Shown here in pieces: positions 35,277 to 48,130 of a stretch of 64,000 nucleotides of DNA. The translations under genes and the position numbers were made by a program. This stretch comes from Macrostomum hystrix (taxonomy: Eukaryota; Animalia; Platyhelminthes). The stretch is taken from assembly GCA_950097015.1 (NCBI GenBank), contig CATNEN010000002.1, positions 1-64,000 of the forward strand. The letters are read 5' to 3'. Position 1 is the first letter of the stretch, and every line of letters begins with the position of its first letter. The notes below the pieces were generated by a model that was not told the origin of the DNA, did no database searches, and saw only the letters and a list, made by a program, of their open reading frames with translations.

Positions 35277-35524
35277 CAGTGTTCTACACGCCCTAATCAT
35301 TCAGTGTTCTACTCCCCCGGATCCTTCAGTGTTCTACTCCCCCGGATCCTTCAGTGTTCTACTCCCCCTGATCCTTCAGTGTTCTACTCCCCCCTGATCC
35401 TTCAGTGTTCTACTCCCCCTGATCCTTCAGTGTTCTACTCCCCCTGATCCTTCAGTGTTCTACTCCCCCTGATCCTTCAGTGTTCTACTCCCCCGGAACC
35501 TTCAGTGTTCTACTCCCCCTGATC
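35277..35524. repeat. ~25-bp minisatellite
   Basis: Same unit as 7117-7633. Confidence 0.9.
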
Positions 35525-36254
35525 CATCAATATTCTATTGCCCCCCTGATGCATGTCTCATCCTAGAAATTGTGTGCAATTTAAAGTAAGACATGTCATT
35601 ATTAGTTTGTTTACAAAACGTGATAAATTTGTAATAAATCAATCCCACTGGCCACCTGAGTCCTGCTCAAGATGCTCAAGTGCAAAGACTCGGGCAAGAA
35701 TCTGTCTTCCCGCGGATCAGCTAAGAATGTCTCTCGCTGAAACAGCAGCTGCAAAATTTGGGGATAATTACGCTTCTGAAATTTCCTTCCAGCTCTCCGG
35801 ATTGCCACCTGGAGTAAGACGTAGCTTCAGAGATTCGTCGAACGTGCCGTCATCGACTTGTTTCAAGCCCTCCTGTCTGATCGTGATTTTGGTTGACTAG
35901 GCATCTGTAATTCAGCTTTTAAGCCGAACTCGAAAATATATTTTCCCAGTTGATTGAGGCAAAGTAGAACTATGTGAATCTGAATGAGGTCGAAAGTTGG
36001 ATGGATAATATTTATTTCTTCTCATTCTCAGAACTTACAAATTGTATTAACATTCTCAGAACTTCTTATCCTACCAGACTTGACATTGACTTTTAAAAAT
36101 ACCATCCGACGAGATGTACATTGATAGTCTAGATTCTCGTCTCCTCAGGTGTACATTGATAGTCTAGATTCTCGTCTCCTCAGGTGTACATTGATAGTCT
36201 AGATTCTCGTCTCCCCAGATGTACATCGAGAGTTTTAATCTCCTCCCTCTAGAT

Positions 36255-36938
36255 GAGGGGTCGGCACACTTATGAGCAAGCGGGCCAAAGAGAGAACCTA
36301 AAATACGACAGCAGGCCGAATTGACTGTAAAAATATGATATAGGGGAGAGATGAGACACAGGAGAGACGAGACAGCGGAGAGATGAGACACGGGAGAGAT
36401 GAGACAGGGGAGAGATGAGACTGGGGAGAGACGAGGCAGGGAAGAGATGAGACAGGGGAGAGATGAGACAGGGGAGAGACGAGACAGCGGAGAGATGAGA
36501 CACGGGAGAGATGAGACAGGGGAGAGATGAGACACGGGAGAGACGACACAGGGAATAGATGAGACAGGGGAGAGATGAGACTGGGGAGAGACGAGGCAGG
36601 GAAGAGATGAGACAGGGGAGAGATGAGACAGGGGAGAGATGAGACACGGGAGAGATGAGACAGGGGAGAGATGAGACACGGGAGAGATGAAACACGGGAG
36701 TGACGAGACAGGGAAGAGATGAGACAGCGGGAGAGATGAGACACGGGAGAGATGAGACAGGGGAGAGATGAGACACGAGAGAGATGAGACACGGGAGAGA
36801 TGAGACACGGGAGAGATGAGACACGGGCGCGATGAGACAGGGGAAAGATGAAACAGGATAGTCGGAAGGGGCAACGGGCCGGATTTGGGAGCTACGAGGG
36901 CCGCAACTGGCCCGCGGGTCGGTGTGTGCCGACCCCTG
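36255..36938. mobile_element. hAT MITE, copy 2 (684 bp; longer internal minisatellite)
   Basis: Same TIRs; TSD ctctagat at 36247-36254 and 36939-36946. Confidence 0.88.
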
Positions 36939-38339
36939 CTCTAGATGTACATTTGAACAGTCTTAAACCTCGTTTTCTCATATGTACATCAAATTATTTT
37001 ATCTCGTCCCTCGGATGTACATTGGCCTGCACGAATATAAATTGTTTTTCAGTTTTATCTTAATTTCAAATAAACCAGCAAAATTTACTCCACACGCCAG
37101 CCATTGAAAAGTTCGAATGGACTGCTCAAATAAATAAAAGCAAATTATTCTGCTACAATCTAGAAATAGGCTTGACTAGTCCGCATATAAAATTTTCTTC
37201 TCTACCCACTGACTCCCAGGAGAGTCACTCGGCCTCATCAAATAAGGAAGAAATGTCAGCGATCAAAGGCGAGTAGATTGCTAATAACCTTGATCAAAGA
37301 CTCATCGCTAGGGAAATTTCCACTTTGAAAGTAAGCAGGCATTGAATTAGCATTAGGCTGATAATTACACAGCGAGTTAGATACCCACGTTTCATTTTGA
37401 ATAGGTTACGGTAATATTACGGTTATGCAGTAATATTACCATAGTACGGTTATAACGGTAACATTTATTTTAACCAATCATGCGCTAACTACTCTACTCA
37501 CCCGCTTAGTAGTGAGATGTAGCCATTTCTACCATACGCGTTTTAGTGCAACTTCACCTATGCACTACTCCCCATTTTGCCGATTCGCTAAACGCAGGCT
37601 ACCAATGACAGCTTAACAACACGCTATATATATATATAACATACGAAAGTGCGAAGCAGTCAACCTACCTTTTCCCACTCGGACTCCTGATCTCACTAGC
37701 AAACCAATCCAGAGCTATAACAGCCTATAGATACGATTATTGGACAACAGACATTAGTCTTGAACCACAGCACATCGGACAAACCGGATAAGTATTTCAA
37801 CCTTGACTGCTTCTAACTTAGCATACCGATTGCTTAGCATCATTGTGATTGCCTGAATACTATCAGTAATACGATTAGAAATATAACACCTAAGAGAAGG
37901 TTAACACCGCTGGAAACTTGAGTTGAACTTGCCGCTCATTGACTTAACAAAGGATATCCGTATTCAGAACCGAGAGCCAGAGAGAGAGCATCATAGACCA
38001 GAGACGGGTAAAGTATATCAGTAGTATTTTTAGAAAATGCGAACCAAAAAACATACAAGTACAGCATGTGGTTCATGTCACCAAAAAAGATAAACGAATC
38101 AAAAGTGTCTACTATTAATAGAACGAGGATTCCTCGTATCAAATCAATTTTTATGTCATAGACAATTCCTCCTTCCTCCCTCCTCCTGCCTCCTCCTTCC
38201 TCCTTCCTCCTCCTTCGATCTCCTTCCTTCCTCCTTCCTCTTCCTTCCTCTTTCCTTCCTCCTTCCTCCTTCTCCTTCCTTCTTCCTCCTGCTTCGTCCT
38301 CCTTCCTCCTTCCTCTTCTTCTTCTTCTTCTTCGTCTTC

Positions 38340-40412
38340 CGCCTCCTTACGGGGCCTGCCGCTGCAGAGGATCGTCTGGTCTTCTCCTTCTTCTTCCGCT
38401 ATGTCTTGGGCACTCCCATCTCTTTCTCCCTTCCTCACTCCACTTTGCCCTCCAGCTGGCCGTTACGCCGACGCATCGGAGGTGGCACCATTTTCCCGAA
38501 ACGGCACACTCGATGCCTTCTCGTGTAACCGGCTTTTTCGCACTCAAAGCAGGGTCCTTTTCCTTGCTCTCCTCTCGTGTCGGTCTTCTCTGTCACCGTC
38601 TTTCTCGTTCCTCCCCTTTGGCCTGGGATTCTTACGTTTCTACCGTGCGTCTGGTGATCTCCCTCTCTCTCCTCCCGGGCCTCGCTTCGCGCTCTTCTTG
38701 TTGTTTGCTTCGCTGGTTGCGAAACACAAAGTCGCATTCTCTTTGCTTCCATTGTCTCCGTCGTTCTTTTTCCTTTGCTTTCGTCTCACCTTTGGCATAC
38801 TTTCAGGTGTTTGCTGATATTGCTGGTGCTGAAGACTTTTAGGCAGTATGTGCACTGGCCTGGTTGGGGTGCTCCTCGGCACGCCTTCCTGTGGTTCGTC
38901 AGGTTGCTTTGTTGTTTAAAGCTTCTCTTACACCTTTCGCATTCGAATCTCGATTCCATCCTCCTGTGTGCTAGTCTCTGGTGTTGCACTAGTCCGACCT
39001 TCGTTCGGAATCGTCTCCCACAGCCTGGCCAGTCGCATTCCTCCATTGCCTTCTGGCCGCTCCCGTCTTGTTTGTCCTTCCTTTTCTTGTCTTCTCGTTC
39101 TCCTGTCGCTGTTTTCGCTTTGCCTTTTCCTCTTCCATCATCCGCTTCGTCTCCTTCCTGCACACTTCTTTCCACTTCTTCCTATCCATAGCCGTCTGTT
39201 CAATCTTGTCCGCGTCCATGCCCGCACGTCGCAGCAGTCCTCTCCAGTACGTCAGAGTGGTGGCCCGCCGACTCTTCCTTTTCCTCGCTCCACTAGGGCG
39301 CTTCGGCCATCCTAGGATCACTTCTTCGTTATCCTGTTCTCGTCCATTCGGATTACGTGTCCAATTCTCTCCAGCGTTCTTCTCGTGATCTTGACTTCCA
39401 CCGGTTCTACCTCCAACATTCCTCTCACATCATGCATGTTCACGCCCTTTGCTTCCATCTGCCGCAGTCCTGGGCCACCTTTCTTGTCCATCCACACATA
39501 CCTGTAGCACCTATCCATCTGTTGCTGCATTCTCTTGATTTCCGTCTTCCACCATGGTCTCGCCGCTGTTCTGTTCCTCCATCTCCGTTCTGTACTCATC
39601 GAGTGCTATTTCACCATAGCCCCACAAGGGTTGATAGCCGCATATCAGACGGTAGTGGTTCACTTTTATTGCTGCTGTCCTTTCGCCTAACCATCGTTGG
39701 CTTCCTTGTTCGATCCAGTCTTGCGCCCACTCTCCGATTAAGAGGATTGCTGCTCGTTTGCCATGCATTACTACTGCTTTCTCCTCGCCTTCGCCTAGCC
39801 AGAAGAAACCTTGGTCTGCGCTGGTTATCTCTGTCAGCAGCACAGCGTTCCAGTTCATCCTCGTGCTGTATGTCACTATCTCCCGAATTCTTCTCCGATT
39901 GTTCTCCCGCATAGATGCTTTCTGCACGTTCCATGTTGCTATTTTGGGGCTTCTCTTCTTTTTCTCCTCTAGTTTCTCATTTTCCTTCTTCGCTTCTGCT
40001 TCCCTCTTCTCCTCTTCCTTACGTCTTCGTCTCCGTTCTCTCCTCTGTCGTCTCACGTCATTCCGGTATTCGCGTTGCTTCTCTATGTTCCTTTTTCCGC
40101 GTTTGCTAGGTCCCGGGTTCTTCTTAACTGTCTCCAGTTTCTCTTCGATCTCTTCTTCTAGTCTATTTACGTCCTCCACGACCTTCCTTCCTCTCTGCAG
40201 ATTAGGGCGGCAGGTTTTTAAGTGTCGACTGGGGGTGCCCTGTCTCCCAGCTCCACTGTCGCAGGCCGGTCGTCCCCGCGTGCAGTGGCTGTTGCCTTCC
40301 GCCGCGGCTCCTCCCGGTCCACCTCCGGATCTTTTTGCCATTGCTGGAGTGGGGCTCAGTCCACTCCGCGTAGCGCGCTCTCCGCTTCAAGCAAGCAGAT
40401 CCGTCGGATAGC
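38340..40412 (-). mobile_element. Internally deleted RTE-like non-LTR retrotransposon, copy 2 (retains PHD-like 3' end)
   Basis: Same APE N-terminus, post-RT region and C2H2 fingers as copy 1, plus ECAVSGKWCHLRC...WECPRH. Confidence 0.82.
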
Positions 40413-41065
40413 CTCCTCCTCCTCCTTCCTCCTCCTTCCTCCTCCTTCCTCCTCCTCCTCCTCCTTCCTCCTCCTTCCTCCTCCTTCCTCCTTCCTTCCT
40501 TCTCCTCCCTCCTTCCTCCTTCCTCCTTCCTCCTCCCTCCCTCCTCCTTCCTCCTTCCTTCCTTCTCCTCCCTCCTTCCTCCTTCCTCCTCCCTCCTTCT
40601 GCCTTCTCCTCCTCCTCCCTCCCTTCCTCCTTCCTCCTTCCTCCTTCCTCCTTCGTCCTCCTTCCCCCCTTCTCCTTCCTCCTCCCTCCTTCCTCCTCCT
40701 CCTCCTCCCTCCCTTCCTCCTTCCTCCTTCCTCCTTCGTCCTCCTTTCCCCCTTCTCCTTCCTCCTTCCTTCCTCCATCCTCCTCCTTCCTCCTTCTCCT
40801 TCCTCCTCCTCCTTCCTTCTTTTTTATTCCTTCCTTCTCCTCACTCCTTCCTCCTTCCTCCTTCCTCCTTCCTCCTCCTTCCTCTTCCTTCCTCCTCCTT
40901 TCTCCTCCTTTCTCCTCCTTCCTCCTTCCTTCCTCCTTCCTTTCTCCTCCTTCCTCCTTCCTCCTTCCTCCCTCCTCCTTCCTCCTTCCTTCCTCCTTCT
41001 CCCCCTTCATTTCTCTTCCTTCCTCCTTCCTTCTCCTCCTCCTCTTTCCTCCTCCTTCGTCTTTC
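40413..41065. repeat. (TTCCTCC)n-like tract
   Basis: C/T-only low complexity. Confidence 0.95.
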
Positions 41066-41413
41066 CTCCAATAACATTCCAAAAAACAAAACAAAAACAA
41101 ATTGCAACAATGATACGCTATATTGTCATATTTTATCATACCTATGCTTAATTACCATACATTTATTGACATCTTCAATACAATAGAACAAATTGTTCCT
41201 CTCTTAGAACTTCACACACATAAACAAAAGAGCCTATTGACCGAACCACTCCTGCAAAGAAGGAGGAAGGAGGAAGGAGGAAGGAGGAAGGAGGAAAGAG
41301 GAGAAAGGAAGGAGGAAGGAAGAGGAAGGAGGAGGAAGGAGGAGGAAGGAGGAGGAAGGAGGAGGAAGGAGGAGAAAAGAGGAGAAACGAACTACTCTAC
41401 TCTCACTGACGAC

Positions 41414-43026
41414 TCACTTCACATTCAGCACCACCAGTCGCTTGTTCCTATAGTCAGCAACCACCAGCTGCTCGCGCGCACCTCCAGTCACCACCGCCAG
41501 ACCACATGGACAACAGAGTCTCCCGTCACCGCTGCCGCTCTCGCTTGGCACCCCCAGAGTCCACAGCAGCGACCCGTCGTCTGCAGCCACCGCTCGCACT
41601 GAGTGACCATCGAATTCACTCACGAACAGGCGGCCTCTCCTGTCCACGGCCACACCCGCTGGCCGAGCAAACTCTTTGAGGCCGCAACGCTCAGTCGGGT
41701 GCGAGGCGACCACCTGCTGGGTGTCAATGCGCACTCTGTGCACCTAATTCTGCTTCCAGTCTGTCACCAGAATGCTGTTGTCGTGAACCACCAGGTTGCC
41801 CAGTGTAGCAGCAGGAAACTCAGTCAACGTGATGACCGTCTCCATCTCGCCAGTCGCTTTGCTGAATGCAACAATTTTGTTGCCACCAGACACAAACACG
41901 GAGGCTGCGTTGCCGCCGATTCCCTCAATGGCACGAAAGCCCTTGATTTGTGGTTCGATTCGACGCACCTTTCGACCGCTCAGGTCCGTCACTGTCACTG
42001 CGTCCTCTTGAGCAATAAACAGCAGCTGACGGTCGCAGTGAAGACCGCAGGTGTACTTCTTCCGGTCGATGTCGCAGTAGCACCGAAGATTCTTCGAGCC
42101 ATCAACAGACACCACCTGAAGGTGGTACTTGAAATCGAATGATTAAATGATGCGAAGATGCAGGGCTGAGGCAGAGCCTCACCGCCGTCACTCGCTGACT
42201 CGGCGGCCACCACACGGCCTGAGCGGTCACCAACGAATCCGCTGGTGTCGCTGCACACCGCCAGCCACTTAACCCAGCCATCCAGTTTCACTTCATGACT
42301 GAACACGATCGGATCGAGCAATGCCTGTCTAGCCATCGCCTTCATTGCATCGTCGATCTCCTCGGGTGTCGCGTTGAGCTCAGCGTCTCTCCAGCCCTCA
42401 CCAGTCCACACGTTCACACGAGTCAACGCTCTGCCGAACTGCTCCGACACCTGCCCCAGTCGCTCCAGCTGCTGCTCCGCTCCCAAGCTCTCCTCCAGCG
42501 ACTTCTGCAGCCGATCAAAGTCCGCCTTCAAGTCATCGAGCGACAACTCCATCGACATCGTCAGCTCGACAAGCTTCGAAATCTCGCCTGCAGCTTCCGC
42601 CATCGACGTCTCCTGCCTGTAGCTTCTCACATCGTCCATGTCCCGCTGCCACACACGCGCTGTCTCAATCCGAGCTATCATCGGACCTGTCAGTCGATCT
42701 TCACTCGAATCCAGGTATCTCCGCATTGTCTCATACAGCTGCTTCGCCCGTCGCAGCTGCTCCTCCATCTCGTGAATCCAATCTCCTCCACCACCTGCTG
42801 CACTGCCGCCTGCAGCTTCGGCTTGTGGGAAGGCACGCAGCTTCTCAGCGACCTTCTCCTTCAGCTTGAGGGCATCTGCCACATCAACACTCAGGTGTTC
42901 CGAGCACAGGTAGTGCTCGGAGAACGGACCCCGGCCGACTGCAGCTTTTTGGCAGACGACGCAGATTGGGTTGGCTTCAGGAGGTCCTTCGGAGCTCGAG
43001 CTGTCGCTGGGGTCTCCACGCTGCAT
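41414..43026 (-). pseudogene. NHL gene copy B4, pseudogene
   Basis: 1-bp deletion at ~42144 relative to B2 (gattaaatga vs gatgaaaatga) and CAG>TAG nonsense at 41744-41746; otherwise colinear with B2. Confidence 0.88.
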
Positions 43027-44010
43027 TTTCAGATTCGAGGTCTGGAAAGAGAGTCGGAAAGAGGCCGTGTGAGTTGAAGACGGCTGCTGGAATCTGCCAG
43101 AACTCTAATATTATCTCAGTGTCAAAAATTCTCAACTTCAACTCGCTACCTCAGAAAGCTGTGAAGCAGAAAATTTGCAGAACTGCCGTAAGCAGGCCGA
43201 TGCTGAGGCTCAGGTGAGAATGAGTTTCAATCAGACAGCAATCGGAAGCTGTGCTCAGGATTTTGAGATGACTCCTATGTCAGGTATCTCAGTTAAACTC
43301 TACTCTGTTGCTAAGCAACAGTGAGAAGCCTGAGTCTGGTCGATATTGGAGAACAGAATGAAATCATTGAGCTGCTATTGCTGGAGTGACAGGAGGAGAG
43401 GAGACGGGAAGGAGAAGGAGGAAAGAGTACCTGATACAAAGGACGCGCAGGTAGAACATCAGTTAATGTAGTGCGTGGGGTGTGCAGTGCCTGAGTGTAC
43501 AGTTCCAATTGCATTGCTCCCGCCTCTACATGCATTGTAATTTTTTCTCCTTGACGCATACTTGGACTCAGTGGAGATGTCAGTGCGTGTCAGGTGAAGC
43601 AGTGGGTGTCAGGTGAATCAGCGGGTGTCAGGTAAAGCAGTGGATGTCAGGTGAATCGGTGGGTGTCAGGTGTAGCAGTGAGTGTCAGGGTAAGCAGTGG
43701 GTATCAGATGAATCAGTCAGAGGAAGCAGTGAGTGTCAGGTGAAGCCGCGGGTGTCAGGATATTTACCTTCTAGACTGGAGATTCCCCATTTAGGGAGAT
43801 TTTCCTGTGAGACTGAATATTCACATGTTAGATATGGCTGTCACCTGTTAGATATGGCTGTCACCTGTTAGATATGGCTGTCACCTGTTAGATATGGCTC
43901 TAAATCAAAACATCGAATGCAGCAGAACCAGTTACACCTACTTGCTGAATTCCAGCTGCATCAAAATAAGCTCAGACTCAGGTTCAGAGACAAATCAGAA
44001 AACCAATTTT

Positions 44011-44637
44011 TGTGCCGTCTGCGAAAAAGCCGCAGTCGGCCGGGATCCGTTCTCCGAGTGCTAGCTGTGCTCGGAACACCTGAGTGTTGAGGTGGCGGAT
44101 GCCATCAAGCTGAAGAACCATGTTGATGAGGAGCTGAGTGCCTACTCTCAAGCCGAAGCTGCAGGTGTGCCGGATGTCAGGCGGAATCTGCTTCAAAGAA
44201 TGCTCAAGCGAAATGCCGTTGTGGTTAAGGCCTTCAATAACATTCACCAAAGCCTTCATTCGCACCGCTCTCTTCTGACAGACTTCATGAATGCTCGAGT
44301 TGAGACAGCCAATGCTTGGCAGCGGGAGCTCGAAGACATCGAAAGTTACAAAGAGGAGGTCGCGGAGGCTGGCCTTGTCCATGGACTTGTCGCTTCCGGA
44401 GCTAAAGGCGGACTTTGATCGGGCGCAGAAGTTGGTTGACAATCGGAAGTCGAGCAGCAGCTGGAGCGACTGCCCGACTCGAGAATCTCGTGGACCGAGT
44501 TGCGGCTGCTGAAGTCGGGACTGTGGCATCCAGAGACGCTGCAGTCACCGCGAGACCGAAGGTGGTTGATTGCGCAACAAGTGACGACGGCTCCGTCTTC
44601 GATCGGAGTGAAACTGGACGGTCACGTGTACGGTCAA
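44011..44637 (+). pseudogene. Inverted truncated NHL paralog, copy 2
   Basis: [34 protein letters not shown]...VKLDGHVY with an in-frame TAG. Confidence 0.82.
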
Positions 44638-45382
44638 CAGAAACCTGCTCTATACATTTAGCCTAGGAAATCATCAGTTGGTCTGTGAGACCCTAAGAAT
44701 GGCGAGTACTAAATAACCCTATGAGAACAGACTCTGTCCCAAGTGCCGGTAGAAGTAGCGAATGATATAACACTTGCTGTTTAAGTCTTAGCAAGATTTT
44801 CAGGTATCGGGAAGAGACACGGAGACAATAAGCAATATAATTCCCAATCTTCCCAATTATCAGACGCGGATAAGGCATTCTACTTGATGACCAAAGAAGA
44901 TAAATTTGTGAAATCAATTGTTGTTCAGTACATTGTGAAAATAGACAAGATTATGGTTGGCTAAACGGCTGCTCTAGCCAACACTTGCCAACATTAAAAG
45001 CGCATTCGATTTATAAGATACTTTGCAGATTTCCAATTTGTGAAATTGAAACTAGTAAGCTGCTGAAACTTACCGGCCTATGGTAATCTGGCCTCATGGT
45101 CTCAGGAAAACTCAAATAAATAAAGGAGTGAATCGAATAGTAAGTCACAGAGTGAATCGCAGAGTGAATCGAATAGTAAGTCACAGAGTGAATCGCAGAG
45201 TGAATCGCAGAGTGAATCGCAGAGTGAATCGCAGAGTGAATCGCAGAGTGAATCGCAGAGTGAATCGCAGAGTGAATCATTACCGATTGTGAACGCAGAG
45301 TAACAAAAAGAGAGCAGAAGACGAAAGTCAGGAATCGCATTGAGAGCCCGATGTCTAAAGTGAGGTTGTCAGATAACATATT

Positions 45383-45760
45383 AGGGTGTCAGAGAAGGCA
45401 TCAGGGTGTCAGGGAAGGCATCAGGGTGTCAAAGAAGGCATCAGGGTGTCAGAGAAGGCATCAGGGTGTCAGGGAAGGCATCAGGGTGTCAGGGAAGGCA
45501 TCAGGGTGTCAGGGAAGGCATCAGGGTGTCAGGGAAGGCATCAGGGTGTCAGGGAAGGCATCAGGGTGTCAGGGAAGGCATCAGGGTGTCAGGGAAGGCA
45601 TCAGGGTGTCAGGGAAGGCATCAGGGTGTCAGGGAAGGCATCAGGGTGTCAGGGAAGGCATCAGGGTGTCAGGGAAGGCATCAGGGTGTCAGGGAAGGCA
45701 TCAGGGTGTCAGGGAAGGCATCAGGGTGTCAGGGAAGGCATCAGGGTGTCAGGGTGTCAG
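45383..45760. repeat. 20-bp minisatellite (tcagggtgtcagggaaggca), ~18 copies
   Basis: Tandem units; only ~2.5 units at 19635-19690. Confidence 0.93.
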
Positions 45761-48130
45761 GCTGCAGCACCGAGTCACCATCAACCTCAAGAAGTTTCTT
45801 TTTAAGGTTCCGGAGATCAAGTTCGTCGGACATCGGATCAGCGCCGCCGGCATCTAGCCGCTTCAGTCCCACGCTGAGTCAGTAGAGCAACTCAAGTCAC
45901 CGACGAACGAGTCGGAGCTCGCTTCCTTCCTCGGCTTTGCAAAGTTCTTCCAGTTCTACATCAAGAGCCTATCGCATGTCGCCGAGCCGCTAACAGCACT
46001 CCTGCGCAAGGATGTGCCATGGAACTGGGACAAGAAGTGCGAGGCAGCCTTCAGCGAGTTCAAGCGGCTCATCTCATCCGCGCCGTGCCTAAAATTCTTC
46101 TATCAGAGCCACGAAACAGTTGTCTCGTGTGACAGCAGCGACGTCGCCCTGGGCGCTACTCTGGGCCAAATTGACGAGCGTGGACAACTTCGCCTTCCAG
46201 TCGCCTTCGCCTCGCGCGCTCTGTCTGACACCGAGCGCCGTTACTCCACGACGCAGAAGGGGGCCTTGGCCTGCGTCTGGAGCTGCGAGCACTGGCACCT
46301 TCTGCTGTACGGCCAGAAGTTCAAGCTGCTGAGCGACCACCAGGCTCTGACCAGCCTGCTATCAGCTCGCGGAGGCGGCCAGCGGCCTCTTCGACTTCAA
46401 CACTGGTGTGAGAGACTCTTCGTCTACGATTTCGACATCGAGTATGTTCCTGGTAAGCTAAACGTCTAACCAGACTTTCTGTCCCGCTACGGCTAGGATC
46501 GTAAAAAGATCGGCCAAGAGTCGATTGATCAACGTCAAACTGAGTCAGACATCAACCTAGTGCTTGACAGGAACTCCGAGCTTATTTCAGTTGCTCAGCT
46601 CGCCGAAGCCACAGCTAGCGATGACCAACTGCAGCGAGTCGTTCAGATCGTGCTCAACGGATGACCCACCGAGACTCCTAGCGACCTGAAGGGTTTCCAT
46701 CAGGTGCAGCACGAGCTCTGCCTGTGGAACGACGGGCGCTCTCTGGCGAGAGGCAGCCGAGGGGTCATTCCAGCCTCACTCCGCGACCTGGTGTTGACGG
46801 AGGCGCATCAAGGGCATCTCGGCGTGGCGAAGGTCAAGGCGCGATGCCGCGAAACTGTCTGGTGGCCGCGCATTGACAGCGACGTGGAGACATTCGTGAG
46901 GAACTGCACCGCCTGCATTCTGTCGGAGAAGGCGTTCAAGTCGATCAAGGTGCCCTAGTCAACCACGGAACTACAAGCCGGCCCGTGGAGACAGCTTCAA
47001 GTCGACATCGTCGGAGAGCTCCCGGCAACCGAAGCGCCAAATTCGCACAGATTCCTCGTCGTTCACGACCTCTACTCCAAGTGGCCCGAGATCATCGCGT
47101 CTTCATCGGTAACCTCTACTGCCTGCGTCGAGGCCCTTCGCAGCCTGTTCGTCCGCTGGGGCCTGCCAGACGAGATCACAACTGACAACGGGCCACAGTT
47201 CGTGTCGAGCGAGTTAACGGACTTCCTCAGCTCACTTGGCATCAAGCATCGCCGGACTCCATTCTATTGTCTGCAGCAGAACGGCGGAGTCGAAAGGTTC
47301 AACAGCTTCATCAAGTCTTCTCTACGAGCCCTGCTGGCCGACAGCGTGCCCATGAAGCAAGCCGTGCAGGAACTCCTGCTAGCGTATCGCTCGGCCGAAC
47401 ACGCGCTGACCAAGAAGACCCCAGCTAAGCTGATGCTAGGGCGGAGGCTTCAACCGGCCGAGCCTGAGTCCGCGCCCTCAGGCGTCTGGCTGCGGCGCAC
47501 CGTCCAGGAGCAGCAGCAGCGAGACGAAAGTCGCCGGAAACCTTTCAAGCAGAATCAGCAATCGCATTGACCGTCGGCAGTCGTGTCCGCGTACGCCGAC
47601 CGAAGAAAAGCAAACTCGGCAGCGGCGTCTCCGAGCCGATGACGATCGTCAGTCGCAATGGCAACACACTGACGCTAACCGATGGCAGTCGCTGGCACGT
47701 CAGCCGCTGCATCCCAGACGAGCGCCATGGCTGGTGCGACGATGACGGTGACGGTGAGCTGTCACCACAGCCAGCGGGTGCGCCGACAAACCCAGCGCCA
47801 CCAACGCCACCGCTGCGTCGTTCTGAGAGGCATCGTGCACCGCCTCAATGGTTCGGCAGCGTTGTGACCCACAATTGAGTGTGGACCGACAAGTGACTCA
47901 AGTGACTGTTGATGAGAGAGCAATCACGTGCGTTGCGAACTGATTAAATGCATGTGCTCAAATTATTGCTCATGTGCCCGTTGCCTGTCACCTCTTTGGA
48001 GGGGGGATGATGTTGTGAATGGCCTATGTGCACATCTGCTCATAGTGTACCCATGTAATCGATGTACATGTAATTTTATTAGGCAGCAAATCAAAGAATC
48101 GAAAAATAACTGTTATTAAATTCGTGAATA
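45760..48130 (+). mobile_element. Degenerate Ty3/Gypsy pol fragment, copy 2, with PPT and 3' LTR remnant
   Basis: Same RT/RNase H/integrase motifs with extra stops; polypurine tract ggaggggggatga (47998-48010) followed by TGTTG at 48011. Confidence 0.9.

Noticed and set aside
45351-45885. Repetitive ORFs apparently fused to Gypsy RT (GKASGCQGRHQGVREGIRV repeats)
   Set aside because: Translation of the 20-bp minisatellite abutting the truncated pol; copy number differs between units.
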